From Bilabrum cf. latius (lineage: Eukaryota), in NCBI GenBank assembly GCA_965178125.1, contig OZ237775.1, forward strand, positions 310,001-374,000: a stretch of DNA of 64,000 nucleotides, in the 5' to 3' direction. The number at the start of each line of letters is the position of its first letter. Within the stretch, counting starts at the first letter, position 1. The notes under the pieces were generated by a model. The model saw only the letters and a list, made by a program, of their open reading frames with translations. It was not told the origin of the DNA and ran no database searches. Of this stretch, positions 1-11,600 are shown in pieces. The translations under genes and the position numbers were made by a program.

Positions 1-1
1 C

Positions 2-3000
2 TCCATCACGAACGTGCAAATCGTTGGGTCCAATGTACGACTCACCTTCACCTCACCTTCATCGTGCGGCACTATTCAGGATGTCCGAGTGGATGCGTAC
101 AGAGATGATGGGTTTGTGACTGACACAAAGCTCATCAACCAGGTGAGCTACTCGAGCGGCCTAGACGCTGCCAACAGGCAGGTGGACATTCCCGCGAGTC
201 AGCTGGACGACCAGGGCTACGACGTGTACTTCTACATCGAGCTGCGGTATGCGAGCGGATGGACAGGGTAGAGCTCGTACTCAGCTAGCATCTCTATCAA
301 CAACAACCGCAGGCTCCGGAAGAACGGTGGCCGCTATGATATTGCCAGCAAGAGCGCTCGGTCGGCACAACGCAGCGGCCTCCCAAAGCGACGGCGACTC
401 AATGCACAGCGCGCAAGACCTCCAACACCGCCGTCTCACAGCATGCGAGCGCCAAGACCTGGATTTTACCCGCCGTCGGACGGGCTCGTGTGGGTGCAGC
501 TGGACTACTAGCCCGGCTTGTTCAAACATCTCGTGCGACTGGTGCTGCTTGACCTTTCCAGCGGTCAGATCGTATCCGATTTCCGCTCCGAATCCGATGG
601 ACTGCACACCGGGGACCTACTGAAGAACGGGCAGTCGCAGTCGGTGGCATGGACGTTTCATGACGACATCTTCGCGTCCTCTGTGCATCTCATTGAGGGT
701 GGCTCCGCTCTCCTCGTTCAACAGAGGGCCAGCATTGAGCTCAGCGAGCTGTAGGGACTGCTGCGCCGATCAATCGAGCTCCGCCTTGTTCGCATCGACG
801 CCAGTACCGGCGCCGTCACGGCGGATCTAATGACGAACCGCGCGTAGCCGGGGCCCGTGGTGCCCTTGGCGAGCACCGTGGATCTAGGTGACAGGGTTCA
901 GACGTGGACCGCAACCATCGGGCTAAACACTGCGCCGATCATCACCAGTGACTTCGAAGTTGACCTGCGGCGAGCATCGAACGGTCTCCCGTTCGTGATA
1001 GTGGGCAGCGGATCTACCTCATTCAACCAGAGGATGCCCAGGGGCCAGGTGGCCCGATTAAAGTTTTACAGGCTGCTGTCAGCGAGACTGACCTAGGACG
1101 GGGAGCAGATTCTCTCAGACTTCTAGTCGGGGAGTTCGAATGTTGATGACACCACAGACGGTCTTTGGCAAATCAATGGGAGACCGGCACTGCCCGTTGC
1201 AAACGGGTTCTGCGCAGTGCCTGACGATGATCTAGAGGCGCCGTTTCCGGCCGGCAAGGCTCCCATGGACTACACTGTGACCTTCGGATTCGATCCCAAA
1301 GAGCAGGTGTACGAAATGGAGGGGTGTAGCGCACTGCCTAAGGACGCCTACGGTGGAATCACTGTGCCTGCCTCTGGGCTTATCGTGCAGCAAGCAGGCG
1401 GGAGCTTGTCGCCTGTACTGAGCCGTCGAGACTCGGACGGCTGCCAGCCAGGGCGGGTCAACTACATCGGGACTCGATACGTGTACTTCGACCCCGCGCT
1501 GGCACGGGCAACTGCCGAGTTTCGCACGCAGACGCACTCTGCCAACCCATCCTCATGGTCCCAGGACCTGTGCCAAGGCGAGCAGGTGGCAGCAGGGTAC
1601 GTCATTCCGCTGCGTGACCCAATACAGCAGACGGTAACGATGATCAAGTGGATCGAAGAGTCTGCCATCGTGCAGTCTAAGCCGCTGGATCCACCCGTGG
1701 ACGGGACGTCAAGTCGCAACGTGTACTCCGGTAGCAACCTGCAGGTGCAGACGGCCCATTTGCAGGGCTTCTTCCCGTAGACAGCCGGCCAGACCATTGT
1801 GCGGACGGACGGTGTGCACGATCCGCTATCTACCGTTGCCTTCTGGCTGGGCATCCGTGACCAGGACGACTGCAAGCTTCGACTTGTGTAGAGCGACTTC
1901 CCCGGCTTTGGCGTGCCCATCCTGTCCCGGTTCACGCCCAGGAGCAATTCGATTCAGAAGGCCGAGGATGCAGATGTGTCAATCGTGTACCCATATCGCA
2001 TGAGTGTGGAGGACTTCGGCAGGTCACTATTCCGCAATCTGACCTGCACCTGGCCGGGGATCCAAGCGTTGGCTAGCACCACAACTAGCAAGGAGATAGA
2101 CTGCAGTGGTTCCAGGCCGTGTCTAGCATACCATTACGACGATAACCGCGTTGAGGTGGTGGCAGGCGCACTGGTGGCCTTGATCGACTTCGAGGCCAAT
2201 GTTCTTGAGAGCAATCCAGGGATGTTCAATCGCGACGGCACTCTTCGCAGGAGCGACAACTGGCCCCCGGCTGGGTGGTTCCCGGGTTCTTCATCCGGCA
2301 CCGGAGGCAGCAGTGGGGAATCTGACGATGACTTTGTTGCACCTACTCCAAGTGCAACTCCATCAGCTGCCCCAACGCCCGGAGCGGCCCCATCAGCCAC
2401 CACGACGCCGTCTCCAACACCAACTCCGGGGGCGCAGCTAGCTTGCAGCAGCATCGGCCGGCCTACGGTGACGGGCCTGCAGTACAACTCAGACTCGCTG
2501 TACATTTCGTTCAATCCGTCATCAAGCGACGCAGCTGCATGTCGGTCCATCGACAACGCTCTAGTTTCGGTGTATACACGTGGAATCTTCTACGATGTCA
2601 CAATGGGCGATGATGTACAGGCTACTGTCCTCTCTGATAATCGCCTCGCGGTGTAGTGGTCCAAGCTGGATGCCAGCGACGTCTTCGTCAGATCGAATGC
2701 TTAGATTTACTTCACCATCAAGTACAGTCGTGAACTCTACGGCGGGTATGGGCCGGCATCGTTCTTCAGCTCCGATTTCACCGTCAACATCCCCTCCACA
2801 TTGCGACGATTGCACGCGCAGGCAACATCCACAAGCTTGGAATAGGATGGTGAAGTGGCGGGCTTGAGCAACAGGCATCGGGCTCTATTGCCAGATCCAG
2901 TGAATGGCTCGATCGAGAGCGGGCAACAGCTAGGGCTGGACGACGCATCCAGCCACCGACGAACCACAGTCACTGATCGAACGAATGACGATGTTTTCTT

Positions 3001-4648
3001 CGTATTTGCAGGAGATCTCACCGACAACCAGAAGGCACTTGTGCTGGAGCGCACCGTAGCCTACTTGACAGTGGCCGTAGTGCCGTGGGAAACAAGCGAG
3101 AACGAACCGGTCCTGGCCATCGAGTATGGAGACGTGTCGGTGACACTTGTTCCCTACAGCGAGCTAGAGGCCAGGATTCGTTAGGAGAGGAGCCAAGGCG
3201 AGGATGCAATCTCGTACGGATACTTCTACTTCGGCCCGCTTTCCGATGGCCTTCCTATCGATCGGGTGACGGAGATCGCACCAAGCAGGACATCCGGCTG
3301 GGTCACACCTGATAGCCGCGAAAGTGGAGCCAAGCCGTACTTCCAGAAGTGGCGGCGGCGAAGGGCACAGGCTGGATCAGATCAGGGGACTGACGCAGGT
3401 GCTGACCTGGCCGATCTCGGCAGCCAAGCGCTGCTGAGCTCAATCCGCCAGCGGGTCATCGCCATGTCTGGAGGGCAGCTGAGCGGCTGTTCCGCCGCAA
3501 CAGAGCTGCGCCTCTCAGTGGGATACTCAGACACGCCGCCATCCGACATGCAATCCGTCTCGCTGCGTGAGTCTGCCTCAACGACTGGCACCGCCCGGTG
3601 GTACATACTGTCCTGCAGGGGACGGCGCATCGCCTCTGTACGATTCGACCTCGCGACCAACCGGATCGACTCGATCACCTCGGAGGCCAGTGACGTCAGG
3701 ATCGGAGGAGCTGGTGCACTTCGCGACGTGTCTTAGATGCTCCCGGTAGAATCAACGAGTGGCAATATGCTCTACTTTGACAAGGATGGCAACAGCTTGG
3801 GTGTGTTTGAGATCGTGCCTGTGCAGGACAGCGAGGAATCCCTGCCCACGGCACTCAAAGCAGACCTGCAGGAAGCAAGCATTGAGTCGCATAAGCTCAC
3901 TCTTCTGCAGGTACTACCACGGACTGATGAGTACGTGGGAATCGGGGACGCTCTTGCTGGCAGTCAGACCGCATCTGCTGTGAGTGTGCGCCAGGGCGAG
4001 ATGGTGCTCCCGCAAGCGGTGGCCCAGGGTGTGGGGGTCCAGTTCGAGGCATCCGTGCGGGTCATCACGACAATTGAAGCTGATCCGCCGTTCCGGCAGA
4101 CGAAGGAAGGGCGTATCGTTCCTGCCGAGCTGGATCGGGCACCTTGTCACGACCCATCGACGGAGCAATGCCTGCAGTTCAATCTTGCCATGGAAAGCAC
4201 CGTAGTGCAGTACGAATACCCGAACACGATCCTGGCAGCTGTGGGTACACTCGGTGGTTTTGCATCAACGCTGCTGGGCGGTCTCGGCGTGGCAGTTGCC
4301 GCATGCAAGGCTATGGGGGCCGCTGGCAAGCGTGTGGAGGCTGACAAGGCTCTAATTGTGGGCCGGATCATCGAGAACGACGATGACGACACCATGATTC
4401 GTGTGGTGGCCCGCATCAACCGGGAGCACCGAGAGGCAGCTGAGACAGAGAAGCAGAGAAGGGCTGCACAAAGTCGGAACAAGCCGGGCTGGATGCAAAG
4501 CATACGCCGTGTGGCTTCATTTGGATCTGAAGATGCGGCATTGTCGAAGGAAAGAAGCACTGCACCGCAAGTGGACCCAAGCGTCGACACGGATCACCGC
4601 AAGAGCATGGATTTTATGAAAAAGAACCCGATCGGGGCTGGAACATGA
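2..4648 (+). CDS. 5'-partial large membrane/surface protein (>1,500 aa) with a duplicated beta-rich extracellular module, an S/T/P stalk and a C-terminal TM helix; 13 in-frame TAG
   Basis: Track ORFs starting 14, 518, 857, 1217, 1913, 2855, 3266 and 3737 share one frame. All but the last end in TAG, the gaps contain no TAA/TGA, and the first non-TAG stop is TGA 4646-4648. Hydrophobic segment NTILAAVGTLGGFASTLLGGLGVAVAAC at ~4225-4310. The frame is open at the window start. Confidence 0.8.
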
Positions 4649-4861
4649 TTGATTGTGAAACCGGAGAAGCGAGACAAAGATAAAGATTCTGGCTCGTAAA
4701 GTCCGCGAGGAGGCAAGTCAATTTGCTATTGTTAACGTTGCGAGCCCCTGTCGGCCTGTCTGATCCGGGAGTCCCCTGAACGGGACCCGGATGTGTTACG
4801 TAACCTTACAATTAATCTATTATCAACATAATTTACCTTGGATTTCAGCGCATATGGAATT

Positions 4862-7800
4862 TCATGTGGACTGGATCTACGGCAAGATACTCCATATAGA
4901 CGCCAGCCTGCAGGTCATTGCCGCACGTGCAAGTGCGCCTCGCGTGGTTCCGTCTTGTGCTCCCTCCTGCACGAGCAACACTGCCCCGTTTGCCTACACA
5001 GAGTCTCCTGCATTTGGCGTCACCAGCGACACACGCGCGCCCTAGCATACCTGCACGGCAACTACGCGATCCTGTCCTAATCCGCATCGAGCGGGACTCC
5101 ACACCTCCAACAGCCTGCGCTTTGGGACGTATGTGACTGGCAGTGCTTCAAACTGCATTTCACTAGCTTCTGGTCCATCCTCCGACTCTGGCCCGCTCGA
5201 TGACATGACCGGTCCGACCCATGCTACCTGCGCGTGCCTGTATCCTTTCCACATCCTGACGCAGGTCGCGTCTGACGTACGCATCTCAACTACACGGCCG
5301 AGCGAATCTGTGCTTAACACGCGCATCGCATCAGGAGACAGTGCAGCGGACCCTGGGGCACGATTCCCTCTCCGTCCATCAGGGGCGAACCGCGCATCAT
5401 GACCCACGCGGTGAGGCACCTATCTCTCGAGTCGTCGCTGCATCCCCTTCAAGCCGTCAAGGCAGGCCTCGTCGGGTCCGCCAAGCCACCCGCAGGCGAA
5501 GTCCTCAGGGTCACAACCTGGCGGAGCGTCACCCGGAATCACGCCAAGCCGCAGCATGGCATCGAGCCGAGGCCTGCCAGCAGCGTCAGTGGATCGCTGC
5601 GTGATCATAGCCGCGGCTCTCCAGTCCTGCTCCGCTCTCTGGCGCCGCGCACGCAGTTCCAAAGCACGAGCCGGGTCGAGCTGTTCCCCCCCAATGTCTC
5701 CTGCCGCAGCGGAGCCACCCTCGGAATCCTGACCCAGGGACTCGCTTCCCATCGTAGCACCGCCTTTGCCCACATCTGCACCGCCCCCGGCAGATCCGCT
5801 GTACTCCGCGCTCCAGCCTCCCGTTCCCGGCCCATCATCGTCGTCCCCCTAGCTCCCATCGCTGTCAGCGTCGAGGTCATCGCCCCCGAAAAAACTGCTA
5901 GCGATGCCACGCACCACGGATCCGGCGCCGCGCACCACGTGGCCGACCCCTGCACGCACAGCCGCAGCCGCGCTTGCAGCCGTATCCCCGACGCTGTGCG
6001 AAGCCAGGCGCCTGTCGGGGCGCGCCCGGAGGAACATGGGTTCGTGGCCCACGGCGAGTAGCACCGGCTGGGAGGTAGCTGGGTAGATGCGAGTAGAATT
6101 TGATTTAACTGATGCCTAGGCTGCATCCTAATTCTACACGGGATCCGCGCGAGATGCATCCCTTGCGGTGGCAGCGGAGTTGCCCAAGCGCTGTCCATCA
6201 GTCTCCTCGGGCAGCGGTGCTTCCAGCAGCAGCCCCGGCACTGTGGATCGCTCGGACATCATTGCCTCCCTAGTACTCCCCAGCAGTAGACCGGAGCTGC
6301 GGGGGGGCAGAGAAGGTGGTACCTGCTCGGAGGCATCGTCATCGTCCTGGGTCCCGTACCACGTGCCGGCCGGAACCGCCGATTGTGGCGGCGCGTGGCT
6401 GTGCGAAGCACCAGCGGCTGCGTGAGACCTGTCCCCGAGATCGCCTGGGATCCAGGCCCCCATCACAGCGCACACGCCCTAAGCTCCATCCAGGTGCCAG
6501 GGATCCCATGCGATGATGCGGCGCCGCGCATCGGAGCTGCGGAACATGCGACGGTAGCGTCGCACGGTTCGGAGATCTGCCTGCTCCCTGCGCGAGTGCA
6601 GCTATGCCAACGGTGCATCAAGTTTGCGAGTTTCACTGTCATCCGCTGAGGCACCAAGCGCGCCTGACGTGCCTACCTAGTCCGGAGACGGGTCTCCGTC
6701 TCGAGTGCCAGTCGTATCTACCCCACTCTGAGCATGCTAGGCAGCGGCATCTTGCTTGGCAGCTGCTGAAGGCATACCGTCCGACGCTGCTGGACCTAGA
6801 CTGGTCATCGATCCTGCACCCTGCGTCGCGCCTTCTTGCGACATTGCTGCAGAATCGATCGATCGCCAGTCCTCGTCGACATCAAACCCAGCCATGTCCT
6901 CCTCGGCATCGTCGGGGAGGCCCCCATCAGCATCAGTAACAGCGCCTGCAGGTCGCCCGAATGCTCGCCCGTGTGCGCTGCTGGTGCCCACCTCATCATT
7001 TTCTTCATCATCATCTGCTGCTGCTGCTGCTGCTGCTGCTTCGGTGCCTTCGGTACCTTCGTCTCCTGACCCATCTTTCTTGATCAGCTCAAAGCTCTCC
7101 ACCACCTCATCTACTTCACCATCATCCTCCTCTTCCTCGTCATCCAACTCATCCAGCACCCAACCAGATTCCAACTCGCCGTCGCCGACGTCAGACCCCT
7201 CCTCATAGCTATCTTCATCTTCATCATTGTCTTCGTACGGCGCACCCCTCAGCGCAGCAGAAGCAATTCCAAACACGCTGGACACGAACCCACCGAGACC
7301 ACCCTGCCTGCCCTCATGCTCGTCCTTGCGGCGTTCCCGGTGCCCCTCGCGATCACTGCGCCTGGTGCTGCCCCTTCCCCCACTAGCCGTCCGGTTGCCT
7401 TCTTCAATGGCTCTGGCACTGGCACGACTCAAGGGGCCTCCAGACCCAGCCGCCAAATCCGAGGGAGAATCTGCTCCGATCGAAAAAGCCGCGGCATAGT
7501 GCCTCACGATAGACTCGAAGCGCCTCGTAGGCACCGCAACCGCGAGCCCGCCGCTGCCGACCTAGATCCATACGCACCCTTGAGGCTCCCCACGTCTCCA
7601 GCACGGCCCCTGACCCCCACTTGCGAATACACGAGCGCTTGGAAACACTTCCTACCTGGTTCCCGCTCTGCTGTTCTCCGGTACTTCCGGAGCACGCATG
7701 AATGCGATGCCCCGAATCGCAGCGTCACCGCCCCGATCTCCTCGGGCTGACACCCCCCCTCCGACTGTCTGCGTAAGTACCCTACGGGATACTAGACGCT

Positions 7801-8299
7801 TTGAAGTGCGGCAGAGGTACACATAAAATACATGGAGTTGGCCAAGGGTATCCCCTGCGAGTACGACAGCACCTTCGCAGCTCGTGGTTGGCCACGAATC
7901 ACTAGAGTCGGGCAATGAACCGTCCGATTCGGCCATTACGCTATATCGTGCTGCAGTTGTTGCCATGAGTCGCTGCATTTCCCTGCTAAATCCAACGGAG
8001 ACGGGAAGCACGCAAATTGACGAAACTCCTGCCACCATTTCGAATGCGGCCGGAAGAATGGCGCAAGTCTGCCTGATGAGCAGAGTCATACCACGCACTC
8101 TACTAGTTTCTTTATGGTTTGAGGAGTCGGCCGAGCTGGACGAATCATCGCAAAGTGCGAAAGTTAGTGTGGCGTCGTTTCCAACGACAACAAGAGTGCC
8201 GCTCCCGATCGCCCCCTAGGCGCATTGTGGAGGCTCCTTCATGCTATCAGCTGAGCCAAAGCACAGCCAAACATCCCCACGCTATGAGATATCGACCAT
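4862..8299 (-). CDS. RAB3GAP2: Rab3 GTPase-activating protein non-catalytic subunit (RAB3GAP2 N-terminal domain), ~1,145 aa with TAG read as sense
   Basis: Motifs LSPDAMRVLSTDSLGRV..CVRMWKGYRHAQVAWV..TYVPKRRLLEVW and LLAVGHEPMF..VRGIASSFFGG resemble RAB3GAP2_N. Track ORFs 5042, 5420, 5849, 6134, 6737 and 7652 are one frame joined through TAGs. ATG at 8297-8299 (start inferred), TGA at 4862-4864. Confidence 0.8.
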
Positions 8300-8612
8300 A
8301 ATTTGTAAAAATGCCAATTCAGTTTGCTGTTCATGTACTAGCAGAAACCGGAACCGGAAGCACAAGCACAGCCGAGTGCTCCCGTCGCCCGGGGGATCAC
8401 AAATTCACACAATACAAAGGTAAACATCCTTCAGGCAGGCTCGTGCAGCCAATCGTCGCGCTGCCTGGACGTCAAGGCGCTGGACATCTGCTGGCATGTC
8501 TCTACCCAACCACACTGCAGGCTCGCTCGCCCCAAGCACCTCACTGGCAGCTTCAAACCACTCTTTTGGATAGGGAACCATACAGTCGCTTCGTGACCTA
8601 GCAATTTGATAT

Positions 8613-11600
8613 TCATCTACCCAGACCCCCGGGATTCGAGGCAGCCGCGGCAGCCCGGCGAGCTTCTGCTGTGACCGTGATCGAACCGACGGACCGCCGT
8701 CGCGCGTGCTTGCCTGTAGGCCCGGACTGCTTTGCCACCGTTCCGCTGTGACTCCGGGTCGTAACATGTGACGAGTGAAGGCTAGGCAGGCCCCCCTTGG
8801 TCGGATCACTCCCGCTACTCTGCCAAGTCGACAGCCCTCCTGTCGAGCTAGCAGTGGTCGCTATCGATTTGGCCTTGTCGCTAGCAGGGCCGGATCGGGC
8901 GAGCGTAGCTTGCGATTTCTGCAGGTACAGGTCATCAGCAGACACGCACCTGCCGTGGTACCCTTTGTGTGACTACTGCTGGACGCCCGTCTCTAACCCA
9001 TCGCCATTGCCGTCGTCGTCGTCCTCTACACTGTCTCCCCATGCATTGGGTCTGGCGCCTATCCCCATTCCCATTCCGACTCCTTTCACTCTGTCACGGC
9101 TCGTGGATCCGCGGATGGAGCTTGGTGTCAGACTCTGCATCTCTGCGAGCAGCTCCAGCTCCGTTATCGAGGGGGTGGAGTCCGCAGTTGACCCTCGCTA
9201 TAGTGGCCTGGATGCCCCGTGTCCGTGTCCAACCCGTATGTCACCAGGATTTCCATGCACGGGTTGGCGAATGCGTGGCTTGGATGAAGGCGCTCTGCCA
9301 GCTGCAGTGCCAGAAGCGGTTGCGTCAGGCTGCTGGATCGCAACGCTCCACTAGGACACCATCATTGCCCATGGTATCCCATGCTGCCGTGCATCTTCTG
9401 TATCTTCACTTTGCGGGACATTACGCTTGATGCCATCCTGTGCACTGACATCACCAGCACCAGCTGCGACAGTCTCAGCAACTGGTCCCTCCGGTGCTGA
9501 TGGCGTGCTCGAAGCAGAGCTTAGGCCGCCCGCAGCAGCTTCCGTGGCACTGCTGGTAGTGGTGGCACTGGAACTATCTAAAGGCAGCTCAGGCACAATG
9601 CCACAGTGCCGCACCAGCACACTGAATACATTACCATCCGCATCAGGATCAGTCGAAGTCCACGAAGACGGCTTCTCCGCAGAGAGTTGTGCGCTCGATG
9701 CAGTAGGATCGTCCAATTGCAGCCAGACAGTACCTGGCACAAGTCCCTACTGCTCGACGGCTGCACCACTTGCAAGAAAACGACCTGATCCGCTCGCTGG
9801 TACAGCCTCCGTCCTGCCGATCCCATTGACGGCACTTGCCAGTCGACGGAGGCACCACGCTGGCAGAGTCCCACCAAAACTTGACATGCCTCTTCGGATA
9901 CCCTTCAGAGCCGCTCTTCTCTCTGACAGCTCCTGCTTGAGGGCGTTTGCTGCTTCAATGATCCCCTGCCGTTTCGCTGTCCACTCTGCCCTGGCTTCCT
10001 TGTCCTTGCTGGAAGGCCCGCGGATCACAGTGTTCATTCCCAACCATGCCTTCATGTGGCTTGTGTCCTCAGTGAAGGGAGCAAGGATTGACGCACGGGC
10101 TCTGGTACCGGATGGAGCGTCGGTTGCTCCTGAGCCTCCGGGTTCGCTGCCGAGTGCATCCATCGTGATGGTCCTGGATGATGCTGACGCGATGCCAAGC
10201 GATGCAACCAGGTTCCGAACTTCATCCAGGTCCATGGGATTTATGCCAACTGTAGCTTGCCCGGACCTGTCAGTGACATCGGATAGTGCAGCGATGATTG
10301 GCGCCTCGTTTCCACACACTGCGAGCTGCAGCCTGCCACCACATTTGCTGGTCCCCGCAACTACGCCGCTCGGTTCGTTCATAGCACCTGCTGATTTGAC
10401 TACGTCTCTGTGTCCCATCGAGTGTCCAATGTCGGCAGAGGTCCCGCGTGTGGCGACTTGCTGCACCTCCTTGGACTGCATGTCTGATATTGCCTTGTGT
10501 AGAGCCTCAGGTTCGGCACTAGCTGCTCTCGCTTGCACTGCCCGTGAGGCTTTGGCTGCCTAGAGTGCTCGGTCCATCGCTTCCACGCGCAGCCCGCTTA
10601 CCATGTCATGGAGCACAGCTCGCCTGTCAACGTACTCAAACCCCACGTAGTGCTACTGGTCTGCCGCCGTCAGTGGAATCGCCTCGAGCTCCTGTCTCGC
10701 TGCAAGCTCCCTGGGAGACGGGTCGTCTGCTTTCGGTCTGATCACACCGATCGGTGGACGCCACGGCGGTGGCACGCACTTCTGCTCCAGTAGGGCCCAT
10801 TCAACACCCTCGAAGAACGGGTGGCTCATGATCTCCCAGGAGCCTCTGTTCCCCAGCCTCCTCTGCGGGTCGCGAACCAGCAGCTGTGCGATTAGTGACC
10901 TGCCTTGCTTGCTGATCCGCCCGTGCGGAAGGTGCACGCTGCCTGTCAGTGTAGCGCGGTTGTCATCGTCCGTGTTTCCACCCAGCACAGTGAACGGTCC
11001 CACCCCCACTAGCATTGCGTATGCCAGGCACCCAAACGACCACCAATCCGCCGTTCCGGTGTACCTGCCTGGCCTGCCATCTCTGTCCCGTAGCAGCATC
11101 TCGGGGGCCCAAAACCCCGGCGTGCCAGCCTTGCCTCTGGCATGCGGCTTGATCCTATTTCCGTTGAGGTACAGAGAGCCGTGCACCGACCGTCGCACGG
11201 CAAAGTCACCGTACGTCACCTCCACGCCCTCCCTCATGCCGCCCTGGTCCTCCCGAATTTCGTCAAGGAGTCCATCGAGGGAGGCGTTCCACACGTAGGT
11301 GGCCAAACCCATGTCGCTGAGGACAGCATGCCCGTCGTGCGTGACGAGCACATTCGCTGGCTTGATGTCGCGGTGCATGATGCCCCTCTCGTGTAGGTAC
11401 TTGAGCCCGAGCACGATCTCGGCCAGTAGGAAGCGGGATACAGCCTCGGGAAACGGGCCTTTTCGGGTGAGATATGCCTCAATGTCACCCCCTGCAATCA
11501 TTGGCATGCCCAAAACCACGTGCGTGCGGTCCTGGAACGCGCAGTGCAGCTCGGCGATGAAGGGGCACTTGAGGCTGGTCATCACACCCTTCTCGATCTG

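Noticed and set aside
249-4648. Tiny introns hiding each TAG
   Set aside because: The frame is preserved across every TAG and no consistent GT donor precedes them. The real introns here are 89-202 nt with GTRAG...GCAG ends.
9340-9900. PH domain C-terminal to the kinase, as in GRK2/3
   Set aside because: Only scattered hydrophobic strands and a Trp are visible, which is not enough to support the call without a profile search.
9427-10563. Long opposite-strand or off-frame track ORFs (e.g. 9427-10563, 12749-13783, 19058-19972, 45536-46609)
   Set aside because: They are antisense shadows of real GC-rich genes and show no recognisable motifs.
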